Assembly (NCBI GenBank): GCA_963751375.1
Contig: CAVVUY010000073.1
Span: forward strand, 9,883 to 33,882
DNA: 24,000 bases
Reading direction: 5' to 3'
From: an uncultured Gammaproteobacteria bacterium
GTDB taxonomy: Bacteria; Pseudomonadota; Gammaproteobacteria; DSM-5130; Acidihalobacteraceae
Positions 1-9,920 of this stretch are shown here, in pieces. How positions within the stretch are numbered: position 1 is the stretch's first letter; each line of letters opens with the position of its first letter. Below the pieces are notes generated by a model. It saw only the letters and a program-made list of their open reading frames with translations, ran no database searches and was not told the DNA's origin. The position numbers were made by a program, and so were the translations under genes.

Positions 1-259
1 GATGGTCCTCGAGCATGAGCAGGTGCGTGTCGATGAAGGCACCGACCTCGGCCGAGGATTCCTGGGGGATTCGGGCTTTGATCGCGTGCAGTTCGGCGGC
101 AGCGGTTCCGAGAGCCGTGCGGAAGCGCTTGACCTCTGCGTCGACTTCGCCGCTGGCAAGAGCTTGGCGCCGAATATCGGGGGCGGTGTAGTCGTAGCGG
201 TATACGCGGCCGATTGCGACGCCGCGGGATATGCCGATGCCGTTGAGCAGCAAGGTCAT
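1..259 (-). CDS. ptsI: PTS enzyme I (phosphoenolpyruvate-protein phosphotransferase), N-terminal part; gene runs off the window
   Basis: Not in the ORF track because it is truncated by the window edge. Minus-strand ATG at 259 is preceded by GGAGGGG. Translation MTLLLNGIGISRGVAIGRVYRYDYTAPDIRRQALASGEVDAEVKRFRTALGTAAAELHAIKARIPQESSAEVGAFIDTHLLMLEDH fits the EI N-terminus (GIxxSxGxAIG, EVxRF, hxxMLED). It has no GAF domain, so it is PtsI-type rather than PtsP-type. It lies downstream of ptsH. Confidence 0.8.
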   Translation of the reverse strand, partial: MTLLLNGIGISRGVAIGRVYRYDYTAPDIRRQALASGEVDAEVKRFRTALGTAAAELHAIKARIPQESSAEVGAFIDTHLLMLEDH

Positions 260-415
260 GGCCGCTTTCCCCTCCGCTTGTCCGGGCTAAGGCCCGTTCG
301 TGCGGCTATCGTAGCAGGCACGAGGCTTTGATTCGGAGTTTTGCTCCGCATGGCGGTCGTCAATGCCGCCGCGTCGTGTTCGTCGCGGCTTCGCGCCGCA
401 CGAGGCATCCCGTCC

Positions 416-688
416 TCAGGAGTCTTCGCCGAAGCGTTGCGCGATGAGTTCGCTCAGTGCGTTCAGGGCGTCTTCGGCGTCGTCGCCGTCGGCATGAAGC
501 TTGATGATGGTGCCCTGGGCGGCGGCCAGCATCATGACGCCCATGATGCTCTTGCCGTTGACGCGCTGGCCGTTGCGCTCGACCTCAATCGCGGCGGTGT
601 ACTGTGAGGCGAGGTTGACGAAACGCGCCGCCGCGCGCGCATGCAGCCCGAGGCGGTTGATGATGGTGATGTCGTGGCTGATCGTCAT
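416..688 (-). CDS. ptsH: Phosphocarrier protein HPr
   Basis: 90 aa. Active-site motif LGLHARAA (His16) and HprK target motif NGKSIMGVM (Ser47). Sits between EIIA(Man) and ptsI. Confidence 0.9.
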   Translation of the reverse strand: MTISHDITIINRLGLHARAAARFVNLASQYTAAIEVERNGQRVNGKSIMGVMMLAAAQGTIIKLHADGDDAEDALNALSELIAQRFGEDS

Positions 689-708
689 GGCTGGTATTCC
701 CGGGCTCC

Positions 709-1110
709 TTAGCAGCGGCGCGACTGCTGGCAGTCGAGCACGCCGTCGTGCCCGCCGCTCAGCGCTTTCTCGCTAAGCGCTTCCAGGCTCAGGTTGGGGT
801 AGTTCAGGACGCGTACCAGCATCGGCAGGTTCAGCCCGGCGAGAATGCGCACATGCGGAAGCTGGTTCAGGCGACAGGCGATATTACTTGGAGTCGAGCC
901 GAACATGTCCGTGATCACGAGTACGCCTTCGCCGCGGTCGAGCTGGGCGCACATGTCGCGGGCATCCTCGAACAGTTTGTCGGGATTGGCCGACAGCGGC
1001 ACGGAGAGTTGCGCGATGGGCAGCGGATCGGCGCCGAGCATGCTGCGGGCGGTGTCCGCAAGGTCGCGGCCGATATTGCCGTGGGTGATTAGCAGGAGGC
1101 TAACGGACAT
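709..1110 (-). CDS. PTS EIIA component, mannose/fructose family (soluble, no EIIB/C/D partner in window)
   Basis: 133 aa. N-terminal LLLITHGNIG motif (phosphorylatable His) typical of EIIA-Man. Position after rapZ matches other hprK-containing proteobacterial clusters. Confidence 0.8.
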   Translation of the reverse strand: MSVSLLLITHGNIGRDLADTARSMLGADPLPIAQLSVPLSANPDKLFEDARDMCAQLDRGEGVLVITDMFGSTPSNIACRLNQLPHVRILAGLNLPMLVRVLNYPNLSLEALSEKALSGGHDGVLDCQQSRRC

Positions 1111-1195
1111 GGGGTCGGGAGACTACGCGTAAACGTCAGCGGCGACAAGACTGCACAGGAGGCGTATATCCGGCGCGTTTGCTGCGCGAGCGTGC

Positions 1196-2056
1196 TCATT
1201 CCAGCTCTCGGTGGCGGATGGTGACCGAGGCGCCGCGATCGGCGCGGAAGTGTTCACCGAGGCGTTGGACGAGGTAGACGGAGCGATGCTGCCCCCCCGT
1301 GCAGCCGATCGAGACGCTCAGGTAGTTGCGGTTTTCCGCCTCGAAGCGGGGGATCCAGGTTTCCAGGAAGCGGCACAGGTCGTCGTACATGTTTTCGACC
1401 ATGGGGTGGGCCTCCAGGTATTCGCGCACCGCGGGGTCGAGGCCGGTCTGGCTGCGCAGTCGGGGCTCCCAGTGGGGGTTGGGCAGGCAGCGCACGTCGA
1501 AGACGAAGTCCGAGTCCGTCGGTACGCCGTGCTTGAAACCGAAGGACTGGAATTGCAGCGAAAGCGTGCTGGCCGGGTCGCGTCCGACGCGTTCGCGGAT
1601 TTGCGCGGTGAGCTGGTGGACGTTGGTGTGCGTGGTGTCGATGGTCAGGTCGGCGTGGACGGCGATTTCGCTGAGCAGGGAGCGCTCGAGGTGGATGGCC
1701 TCGATCAGCGGCAGGCCCTTGCGCGACAGCGGGTGTTTGCGTCGTGTTTCGCTGAAGCGCTTCAGCAGGGTGTCGACCTCGGCCTGCAGATAGATGATTT
1801 CGAGTTCGACGCCCTGGTCGCGGATCTCGCGTACGATGGCATCGAAGCGGCGTAGTTCCTCGACGCCGCTGCGGGCGTCGATGCCGACCGCGGCGGCGTC
1901 GTACAGCTTCAGTCGCGGCGTGAGCAACTGGGTCACGAAGGGTGACAACAGGCCAAGGTGCAGGTTGTCGATGCAGTAGAAGCCCTCGTCCTCGAGTGCG
2001 TGCAGAGCGACCGTTTTGCCGGAGCCGGACAGGCCGCTGACAATGATGAGTCTCAC
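1196..2056 (-). CDS. rapZ: RNase adapter protein RapZ (YhbJ), P-loop NTPase
   Basis: 286 aa. Walker A SGLSGSGKT near the N-terminus and conserved C-terminal GCTGGQHRSV motif. GTG start overlaps the hprK stop (GTGA). Confidence 0.9.
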   Translation of the reverse strand: MRLIIVSGLSGSGKTVALHALEDEGFYCIDNLHLGLLSPFVTQLLTPRLKLYDAAAVGIDARSGVEELRRFDAIVREIRDQGVELEIIYLQAEVDTLLKRFSETRRKHPLSRKGLPLIEAIHLERSLLSEIAVHADLTIDTTHTNVHQLTAQIRERVGRDPASTLSLQFQSFGFKHGVPTDSDFVFDVRCLPNPHWEPRLRSQTGLDPAVREYLEAHPMVENMYDDLCRFLETWIPRFEAENRNYLSVSIGCTGGQHRSVYLVQRLGEHFRADRGASVTIRHRELE

Positions 2057-3000
2057 GTTCGCTGGGCCTCTATCAGGCGTAGTTGGCGCTGGGACAGGTC
2101 TTCGGCGGCATCATAGCCGGAATCCCGTAGCTGGTGTTTGCGTACCGCCGCTTCGACCAGCACGGCCAGATTCCGACTCGGCGCGACATGGATGACGATG
2201 ACCGGCGTCGTGACGCCGAGCAATTCGCGCTCGGTCAGCATGCCCTGCAGGCGGGTGGTGTCGGTGGCCTCGGGTTCGGTGTGGCGCAGGTCGATGATCA
2301 GCTGCAGGTTTTTCTTGTCCTTGATGGCGTTGTCGCCGTACATGGCGCGGATGTTGAGCACGCCGAGGCCGCGTACTTCCAGCATGTCCTGAAGCACGGA
2401 CGGACAACGGGCCTGCAGCGTGTTGGGAGTGATGCGCGCGAGTTCGGGCGCGTCGTCGGCGACCAGGCGGTGTCCGCGTGTGACCAGTTCCAGCGCCAGT
2501 TCGCTCTTGCCGACGTTGCTGTCGCCGGCCAGCAATACGCCGATGCCGAGCACCTCCATGAACACGCCGTGCACGGTGGTGCGTTCGGCGAGCGCTTCGC
2601 TGAGGTAGTAACGCAGTTGGCTTAGCGCTTCGTGTTCGGCCAGCGGCGAGGTGAGCAGCGGTACGTTGCGTGCGTCGGCCGCGGCACGCAATGTCGGCGA
2701 CGCGACCAGCGCATCGGCCAGCAGTACGACGACGGTGTTTTGGAACAAGTGTTGGATGGCTTCGGCGCGCTCGGCCGGGGGGAGCCCGGTGAGGTATTCC
2801 ATCTCTGTTTCGCCGATCACTTGTACCGCGCTGGGGGTGATCAGATTGAGGTTGCTGACCAGCGTGGCGGCACCCCAGCGGCACTGCGCCCCGCTTAGGG
2901 CATGCCGCGCGCCCTTGCGCCCAGCAGTCCATTCGAGCCGCAGCTTCTCGCCGAGTGCTTCGAATAGTGCCTGAACCGTCAGCGGAGTGGTGGAGTCCAT
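2053..3000 (-). CDS. hprK: HPr kinase/phosphorylase
   Basis: 315 aa. P-loop GDSNVGKSELALELV followed by GHRLVADD, the HprK signature. Located between ptsN and rapZ. Confidence 0.9.
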   Translation of the reverse strand: MDSTTPLTVQALFEALGEKLRLEWTAGRKGARHALSGAQCRWGAATLVSNLNLITPSAVQVIGETEMEYLTGLPPAERAEAIQHLFQNTVVVLLADALVASPTLRAAADARNVPLLTSPLAEHEALSQLRYYLSEALAERTTVHGVFMEVLGIGVLLAGDSNVGKSELALELVTRGHRLVADDAPELARITPNTLQARCPSVLQDMLEVRGLGVLNIRAMYGDNAIKDKKNLQLIIDLRHTEPEATDTTRLQGMLTERELLGVTTPVIVIHVAPSRNLAVLVEAAVRKHQLRDSGYDAAEDLSQRQLRLIEAQRT

Positions 3001-3063
3001 GCTGACTAGTCTACTGAATTCCGAGGCGCTTTCGGCAATCCTGCGCCCCGGATGTTCGGTTGT

Positions 3064-3531
3064 TCAGGCCGCGTGCCGTGCGCCCCATTCCGTGAGCGTG
3101 CGATACAGCATCTCACCGGTGGTGCACGTGCGCAGTTGCTCCACGGTATCGTCGTCGCGAAACAGCGTGGCGAGCTGGGCGAGGATGTTGAGATGCGCGT
3201 CGGTGCATTCTTCGGGAACGATCAGGGCGAAGATCAGGTCGACGGGGCGTTTGTCCGGCGCATCGAAATCGACGCCTTCGTGCAATTTGACGAAGGCGCC
3301 CACGGCCTGCTGGATGCCTTTCATGCGACCGTGCGGAATGGCCACGCCGGCACCGAGTCCGGTGCTGCCCAGCCGTTCGCGCGCCAACAGGGTGTCGAAT
3401 ATCTCGTCGGCGGAGAGGGCGGTCTCCTCGCTGCTGAGCAGTGCGCTGAGCAGTTCCAGAGTGCGTTTCTTGCTGGTGACGTCGGTGTTGTCTACGACGC
3501 GATCCAGGCTCAGTAGTTCGCCGATCTGCAT
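3064..3531 (-). CDS. ptsN: Nitrogen-related PTS EIIA (EIIA-Ntr)
   Basis: 155 aa. GVAIPHGR active-site histidine motif of the EIIA-Ntr/fructose family. Canonical position after hpf. Confidence 0.85.
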   Translation of the reverse strand: MQIGELLSLDRVVDNTDVTSKKRTLELLSALLSSEETALSADEIFDTLLARERLGSTGLGAGVAIPHGRMKGIQQAVGAFVKLHEGVDFDAPDKRPVDLIFALIVPEECTDAHLNILAQLATLFRDDDTVEQLRTCTTGEMLYRTLTEWGARHAA

Positions 3532-3556
3532 GATGTGGCCTACGGGGTTGGTGGTT

Positions 3557-3874
3557 TCAGGCGAGGCGTTTGTCGGCGTCGGCCTTGTGGTGGTCCTTGA
3601 CCTTTTCCTTGTGCTTGACGACTTGGCGGTCGAGTTTGTCCACTAGTCCGTCAATGGCGGCGTACATGTCCTCGGTTTCCGCTTCCGCATGCAGCTGGTT
3701 GCCGCCGAGCAGCAGGCTGGCTTCGGCTTTTTGGCGGAGTTTCTCGACGCTCAGCACGACGTGTACGTCGATCACGTTGTCGAAATGGCGCTCCAGGCGC
3801 TGGAATTTCTCCTCGACGTAGGCGCGCAGCGGGTCGGTGAGTTCGAGGTGTTGGCCGGTCAGGTTGATCTGCAT
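3557..3874 (-). CDS. hpf: Ribosome hibernation promoting factor (short HPF/YhbH type)
   Basis: MQINLTGQHLELTDPLRAYVEEKFQRLERHF is a typical HPF N-terminus. I prefer the ATG at 3874 (GGAG 6 nt upstream) over the track start at 3886, whose ATG lies inside that SD. Confidence 0.9.
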   Translation of the reverse strand: MQINLTGQHLELTDPLRAYVEEKFQRLERHFDNVIDVHVVLSVEKLRQKAEASLLLGGNQLHAEAETEDMYAAIDGLVDKLDRQVVKHKEKVKDHHKADADKRLA

Positions 3875-3894
3875 GGGTGACTCCATTAGGTCTG

Positions 3895-5353
3895 TCAGGT
3901 GTTTGTCAGACGTTTGCGTTCGCTGGAAGAAAGGATATTCATGCCCTCACGGTATTTTGCGACCGTGCGGCGGGCCACCTGAATGCCCTTTTCCCCCAAA
4001 AGGGCGGCGATTTTACTGTCTGAGAGGGGTTTGTCACCAGGTTCCGCTTCGATGAGCTTGCGGATCATGGCACGAATGGCGACTGCGGAGCACTCACCGC
4101 CGTCGGCGGTGCCCACGTGGCTGGAGAAGAAATACTTGAATTCGAAGATGCCGCGTGGGGTGTGCATGTACTTCTGCGTGGTGACGCGCGAGATGGTCGA
4201 TTCGTGCATTTCGACCTGTTCGGCGATATCGCGCAGCACCAGTGGTTTCATGGCTTCGTCGCCGTATTCGAGGAAACCGCGCTGCTGTTCCACGATGGCC
4301 GAGGCGACGCGCAACAGCGTTTCGTTGCGGCTCTGCAGGCTCTTGATGAACCAGCGGGCCTCCTGCAGTTGGTTCTTGATGTAGGTGTTGTCGGCGCTGC
4401 TGTCGGCGCGCTTGACCATGGCCGCATAGGTCGAGTTCACGCGCAGGCGCGGAATGGCTTCGGTATTGAGCTCGACGCGCCAGCGGTTGTCCTGCTTGCG
4501 TACGATCACGTCCGGCACGATGTATTCGGGCCGCCGGTCGCTGATCTGCGAGCCTGGGCGCGGGTTGAGCGTCTGGATCAGGGCGATGGCGCCTTGCAGG
4601 CCGGCTTCGTCGAGGTCGAGGCGGCGCATGAGCGCTTTGAAATCGTGGTTGGCGAGCAGTTCGAGATGCTCGCTGATGAGCTTGCGGGCGGGTTCCAGCC
4701 AGGGCATGTCGGCCGGCAGCTCGTACAGCTGCGCCAGCAGGCACTCGGAGAGGTTGCGCGCGCCGCAGCCGGGTGGATCGAGGCGCAGGATAAGGTGGCG
4801 CACCGCTTCGATATCCTCGATATCGAGCGGTTCCTCCAGCCCAAGCTCCTGCGTCAGGCTGTGCTGGAGAGTGGCGAGGTCTTCCTGCAGATAGCCGTCT
4901 TCGTCGATGGCGTCGATCAGGTTGATGGCGATCTGGTGGTCCTGATCGCTCATCGTGGTGAGGTGGATCTGCCAGAGCAGGTGGTCGGCCAGCGATTCGC
5001 CGCCCTCGGTCTGGGATTCGTAGGGATCGCGGTCCTCGCCCTCCATGCGGGTGCTGCCCGAGCCGGGGGCGCTACTCGGTTCGTAGATGTCTTCCCAGGC
5101 GCTGTCGACCGGTAGCTCGTCGGGGATGGCGTCTTCCGAACTGGTCGGCGGTGTCGTCGCGCTCCGCGGTATCGGCCGCGTAGCCCTCTTCGCTGTCCTC
5201 TTCGCTGTCCAGCAGCGGGTTGCTCTCGAGAATTTCCTGGATATGGGTCTGTAGTTCGAGGGTGGAATACTGCAGCAGGCGTATCGCCTGCTGGAGCTGG
5301 GGGGTCATGGCCAGTTGCTGCCCCAGCCTGAGTTGGATCGAAGGCTTGATCAT
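3895..5353 (-). pseudogene. rpoN: RNA polymerase sigma-54 factor RpoN, reading frame broken by an apparent 1-nt indel (real pseudogene or sequencing error)
   Basis: Region I ([35 protein letters not shown]) starts at 5353 in the frame of track ORF 5072..5464. The core-binding and DNA-binding parts, including the RpoN box ARRTVAKYR, are in the frame of ORF 3895..5046. The span is 1459 nt (3n+1). Confidence 0.85.
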
Positions 5354-5437
5354 CGGGTTTCCGTCATCGCGGCGTGGCGCCGCTCGCTCCTGCAGGCCGG
5401 TGACCCCGGTCTGGTCTTGTCTCTCATCATGTCCAGG

Positions 5438-5464
5438 ATTATATCGAATCCTTCCCGGATGCAA
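5438..5464 (-). promoter_or_regulatory. Candidate sigma-70 promoter upstream of rpoN (TTGCAT, 15 nt spacer, TATAAT)
   Basis: Minus strand reads cTTGCATccgggaaggattcgaTATAATcc. The -10 is perfect and sits inside a GGATT..AATCC inverted repeat. The 15-nt spacer is suboptimal. About 85 nt upstream of the rpoN ATG. Confidence 0.3.
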
Positions 5465-5543
5465 GATCTGGGCTCAATTCCGTCGAGACGAACAGCCGAC
5501 GTGGCTTGGCCGAAGAGGCGTGGGAGTTGGCGTGGATGCCTCT

Positions 5544-6265
<722 letters not shown>

Positions 6266-6269
<4 letters not shown>

Positions 6270-6793
6270 TGTTTCGGTGTCTTCGCGGGCTGCGCGGTGG
6301 CGGGCGTGAAGGTGGCCTCGATACGCTGGCCGGGGGCGCCCGCGTCGACCAGGTCGCGGCGGATGTCGTAGGTTATGCGGCTGGCGCGGAACGTATTGCC
6401 GCGCTGCTCCAGCTGAGCGTCGCCGGAGAGTACGAGGCGCTGGTCGGCCGGGCTGTAGACCAGGTTTTTCGCCTGTCCGGTGATGTGTTTGCCGTCGACC
6501 GTGGTGTCCTCGAAGTGGGCGGGTGTGCCGATCATGGTCAGTTTCTGGATAGGCCCGTTGTTGGTGGCAAGGATGTTCAGCTTGTCGCCTTTGATCACGA
6601 GTTTTTCCTGAGTGACTACGACGTTGCCGTTGTAGTTGCCGACACCTTTCTGCTGGTCGTAGCGGAAGTGGTCGGCACTGATGTGCACCGGTGCCTTGGA
6701 GCCCGCCGGTGTTTGCGCCACGGCGGGCAGGGGCGCCAGACAGAGCAGGGCGGCGGTCAGGAACAGGCGGCGGGTGATGCGGTCGTTTGGCAT
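6266..6793 (-). CDS. lptA: LPS transport periplasmic protein LptA (OstA-like)
   Basis: 175 aa. Signal peptide ([18 protein letters not shown]) followed by an OstA-like beta-jellyroll sequence ([25 protein letters not shown]). Lies between lptC and lptB. Confidence 0.85.
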
Positions 6794-6801
6794 AGGAGTC
6801 G

Positions 6802-7353
6802 TCAGCGCTGGTAGGTGCTGCGCACGTCGCGCAGCAGTTCGAAGACATGGTCGGCGAAGTCGGCGCGCAGGCCAAGCCCCTCTGCATGATAACCGGGGGC
6901 GTCGATGGTGCTGTGCGCCTGGCTGTTGGCGGTCTGGGCGCGGATGTTGACGTACAGGTCGGAGGTGACCAGGCGCAATTCGCCACCGTCGGTTGCCCGC
7001 GTGATGACGACCCGCTCAGGCATGTGCACATGCTCGCCGTCGGCCTGCAGATCGGCGCTGGGCGAGGTCAGCACGACCGGCGGACCGTTCAGCGGATAGA
7101 CGGTCAGCACGACGTCCTGCAGGTGAGTGACGTCGTCGGGCAGGGTATGGGTGAGGCCGGTGGCCTGCAGGCGGTATCGCGGTTGGCCGTCGGTACGCAT
7201 CTGGGTCAGCGTGATGCCGCTGGCGCGATAGTTCACGCCGCTGGTGGGCGGATGCGGTTTGCTCAGCGGAGGAATGAGTTGCCCCAGCAGCCAGGCCGTC
7301 ATGGCCACGGTGGCCAGCACCACGACGCCGTACCACAGGCGTTGGGCGTTCAT
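6802..7353 (-). CDS. lptC: LPS export system protein LptC
   Basis: 183 aa. Single N-terminal transmembrane helix ([18 protein letters not shown]). Size and position between kdsC and lptA are canonical; the sequence itself is weakly diagnostic. Confidence 0.7.
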   Translation of the reverse strand: MNAQRLWYGVVVLATVAMTAWLLGQLIPPLSKPHPPTSGVNYRASGITLTQMRTDGQPRYRLQATGLTHTLPDDVTHLQDVVLTVYPLNGPPVVLTSPSADLQADGEHVHMPERVVITRATDGGELRLVTSDLYVNIRAQTANSQAHSTIDAPGYHAEGLGLRADFADHVFELLRDVRSTYQR

Positions 7354-7370
7354 GCGCGCCGCCGTCCCGC

Positions 7371-7910
7371 TCAGCCGAGGTAGACGGCGAGCAGGCGCTC
7401 CAGGTTGCCCTGGGCCTGCATGATCCGTTCGCAGACTTCGCGCGCCGCGCCGTGCCCGCCGGGGCTGGTGGTGATCCAGTGGGCATGTTCACGTACCAGC
7501 TGCGACGCGTCGGCCACGGCCACGGCCAGTCCCACGCGGCGCATGACGGGCAGGTCGACCACGTCGTCGCCGACGTAGGCGACGCTCTCGGGAGCGTCGC
7601 CGGTAGTTTCGAGCAATTCCTCGAAGGCGGGCAGCTTGTCGCGCCGGCCCTGAATGACATGCTCTATGCCGAGGTCGGCGGCGCGGCGTGCGACGACCTG
7701 CGAACGTCGTCCGGTGAGTATGGCCAGCGCTACGCCACTGTCCTGCAGCATGCGCATGCCGTGACCGTCCTTGGAGTTGAAGGCTTTGTACTCCTGCCCG
7801 TCGTCGCCGAGCAGCAGGCGGCCGTCAGTGAGCACGCCGTCGACATCGAAGATGACCATACGGATGGCACGTAGTCGCTGTTGCAGGGTTTCGCTGGAAA
7901 GTTCTGGCAT
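7371..7910 (-). CDS. kdsC: 3-deoxy-D-manno-octulosonate 8-phosphate phosphatase (HAD-IIIA)
   Basis: 179 aa. HAD motif I FDVDGVLTDG, then KAFNSKDGHG and C-terminal GDDVVDLP. Confidence 0.9.
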   Translation of the reverse strand: MPELSSETLQQRLRAIRMVIFDVDGVLTDGRLLLGDDGQEYKAFNSKDGHGMRMLQDSGVALAILTGRRSQVVARRAADLGIEHVIQGRRDKLPAFEELLETTGDAPESVAYVGDDVVDLPVMRRVGLAVAVADASQLVREHAHWITTSPGGHGAAREVCERIMQAQGNLERLLAVYLG

Positions 7911-7934
7911 GGTGGCGTCCGGTATCGAGTTGTC

Positions 7935-8945
7935 TCAGACCACGCCGGCACGCAGCAGGTCCTGCATGTTGAGTGCGCCTACCAGGCGGTTGTCCGCGTC
8001 GGTGACAGGCAGCGCGGTGATGCGGTGGTCTTCCATCAGCTTGACTGCCTCGGCCGCCAAAGTTTCGGGGCGGATGGTACGGCAGTTGCGGGTCATGACT
8101 TCTTCGATGCGTACGTGCTGGATGTCGTGTCCCTGATTCAGGGTGCGGCGCAGGTCGCCGTCGGTGAACACGCCGGTGACCTTGCGTTCGGCGTCGACGA
8201 TGGCGGTCATGCCGAGGTTTTTGCGCGTGATTTCGAGCAGCGCCTCGCCCAGCGGTGTGTCCGGCGCGACGGCGGGGATGGCGTCGTCGCGGTGCATGAC
8301 GTCGGCTACGTGCAGCAGCAGGCGTCGGCCCAGGCGGCCGCCGGGGTGCGAACGGGCGAAGTCTTCGGCGGTGAAGCCGCGGGCCTCGAGCAGTGCGATG
8401 GCCAGGGCGTCGCCCATGACCAGGGCCGCGGTGGTGCTGGAGGTCGGCGCCAGGCCCAGCGGGCAGGCTTCGCGTTCGACACTGACGTCGATATGCACCG
8501 TGGCCTCGCGGGCGAGACTGGAGCGTGGATTGCCGGTCATCGCGATCAGCGGCACGCCGAGGCGCCGGATGATGGGCAGGATGGTGAGGATTTCGTCGGT
8601 TTCGCCGGAGTTGGACAGGGCGAGCACGACGTCGGTTTCGGTGACCATGCCGAGATCGCCGTGGCTGGCTTCGCCGGGGTGCACGAAGAACGCCGGGCTG
8701 CCGGTACTGGCCAGGGTTGCGGCGATCTTGCTGCCGATGTGTCCGGATTTGCCCATGCCGAGCACGACGATGCGACCGCGGCAGGCGTGCAGGTGGCGGC
8801 AGGCGGCGACGAAGGCGTCGTCGAGCCGCTCGGCGAGCGCTTCGATCGCGGCGGCTTCGGTACGCACGACGGCGAGGCCAAGCTCGATCAGTTGGGCGGC
8901 GTCTAGGTGCATGGCGTTAGGGGGAGAGATAAATCCAGATTTCAT
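7935..8945 (-). CDS. kdsD: Arabinose-5-phosphate isomerase KdsD (SIS + tandem CBS domains)
   Basis: GMGKSGHIGSKIAATLASTGSPAFFVHPGEASHGDLGMV is a close match to the KdsD SIS domain, with C-terminal CBS pairs. The start is uncertain: 8945 overlaps the yrbG end, and the alternative ATG at 8912 (MHLDAAQ) does not. Confidence 0.9.
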   Translation of the reverse strand: MKSGFISPPNAMHLDAAQLIELGLAVVRTEAAAIEALAERLDDAFVAACRHLHACRGRIVVLGMGKSGHIGSKIAATLASTGSPAFFVHPGEASHGDLGMVTETDVVLALSNSGETDEILTILPIIRRLGVPLIAMTGNPRSSLAREATVHIDVSVEREACPLGLAPTSSTTAALVMGDALAIALLEARGFTAEDFARSHPGGRLGRRLLLHVADVMHRDDAIPAVAPDTPLGEALLEITRKNLGMTAIVDAERKVTGVFTDGDLRRTLNQGHDIQHVRIEEVMTRNCRTIRPETLAAEAVKLMEDHRITALPVTDADNRLVGALNMQDLLRAGVV

Positions 8946-9876
8946 AGCCGATAAATGCGGCGAGCAGAAGCCCGCCTTCCAGGCGATTGATGTGACGTTC
9001 GCCGTTGCGCAGGCTGAAGGCGAAGGCGAACAGTAGCACGGTCAGCGCGAGCATGACCGGGTAGTCGCGGGTCAGGACCTCACTCGGTACGGGGCCGGGC
9101 GCGAGCAGGCCGGGCAAGCCGAGCACACCGAGCACGTTGAACAGATTGGAACCGATTACGTTGCCCAGTGCGATATCGGGCTCGCCGCGTCGGGCACTGA
9201 TGATGGAAGCGGCGAGTTCCGGCAGGCTGGTGCCGATGGCGACGATGGTCAGGCCGATCACCAGATCGCTGACGCCGAGCTGTTCGGCGATATCGACCGC
9301 CCCCCACACCAGCGCCTTGGAACCGGCCAGCAATACGGCCAGGCCGAGCAGGAACATCAGCACCGCACGCGCGGTGCTCATCGTTCGCGGGAGTTCTATC
9401 TCATCGGTTATGGCCTCGCTGCGCCCGGCGCGGTGTGCGCTGTAGACCATCCACGTCAGCACCAGGAAGAGGCCGCTGAGCAGCGCCACGCCTTCAAGCC
9501 GCTGCAACTGGCCGTCGGCCAGCAGCAGATAGCCGAACAGCATGGCGATGAGCAGCAGCGGCAGTTCGCGCTGTAACAGGCGCGAGTGCACGCTGAGCGG
9601 TGCGATCAGCGCCGTCACGCCGAGTACCAGGCCAATGTTGGTGATGTTGGAACCGATCGCGTTGCCGATTCCCAGGCCAGGATTGCCCTGCGCGGCGGCC
9701 AGGCCCGAGACCAGCAGTTCTGGCGCCGAGGTGCCCATGCCGACGATAGTCAGGCCGATCACCAGTGGCGGCACGCCGAGGTTGCGGGCAAGCGCGGCGG
9801 CGCCGTCGACGAAGCGGTCGGCACCCCAGATGAGCAGGGCGAAGCCGACGGCGATGGCGATCAGGGAGAGCAGCAT
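8917..9876 (-). CDS. yrbG: CaCA-family cation/Ca2+ exchanger (YrbG-like inner membrane protein)
   Basis: 319 aa from MLLSLIAIAVGFALLIWGADRFV. Two alpha-repeat signatures, GTSAPEL and GTSLPEL. Same position as E. coli yrbG next to kdsD. The upstream part of track ORF 8917..10257 is Arg/Pro-rich junk. Confidence 0.85.
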   Translation of the reverse strand: MLLSLIAIAVGFALLIWGADRFVDGAAALARNLGVPPLVIGLTIVGMGTSAPELLVSGLAAAQGNPGLGIGNAIGSNITNIGLVLGVTALIAPLSVHSRLLQRELPLLLIAMLFGYLLLADGQLQRLEGVALLSGLFLVLTWMVYSAHRAGRSEAITDEIELPRTMSTARAVLMFLLGLAVLLAGSKALVWGAVDIAEQLGVSDLVIGLTIVAIGTSLPELAASIISARRGEPDIALGNVIGSNLFNVLGVLGLPGLLAPGPVPSEVLTRDYPVMLALTVLLFAFAFSLRNGERHINRLEGGLLLAAFIGYEIWIYLSP

Positions 9877-9920
9877 GTCAGGGGCTTGGCTTGTCGGCGT
9901 GACAGTGGACGAGGGCGCGA

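Noticed and set aside
2-331. Track ORF 2..331 + (109 aa).
   Set aside because: It is antisense to the clear ptsI N-terminus (minus strand, ATG at 259) and has no motifs of its own.
316-332. Sigma-54-like motif aGGCACGaggcTTTGAt on the plus strand.
   Set aside because: The -12 element deviates (TTTGA instead of TTGC). No plus-strand gene follows; it lies in the ptsH-ptsI spacer of minus-strand genes.
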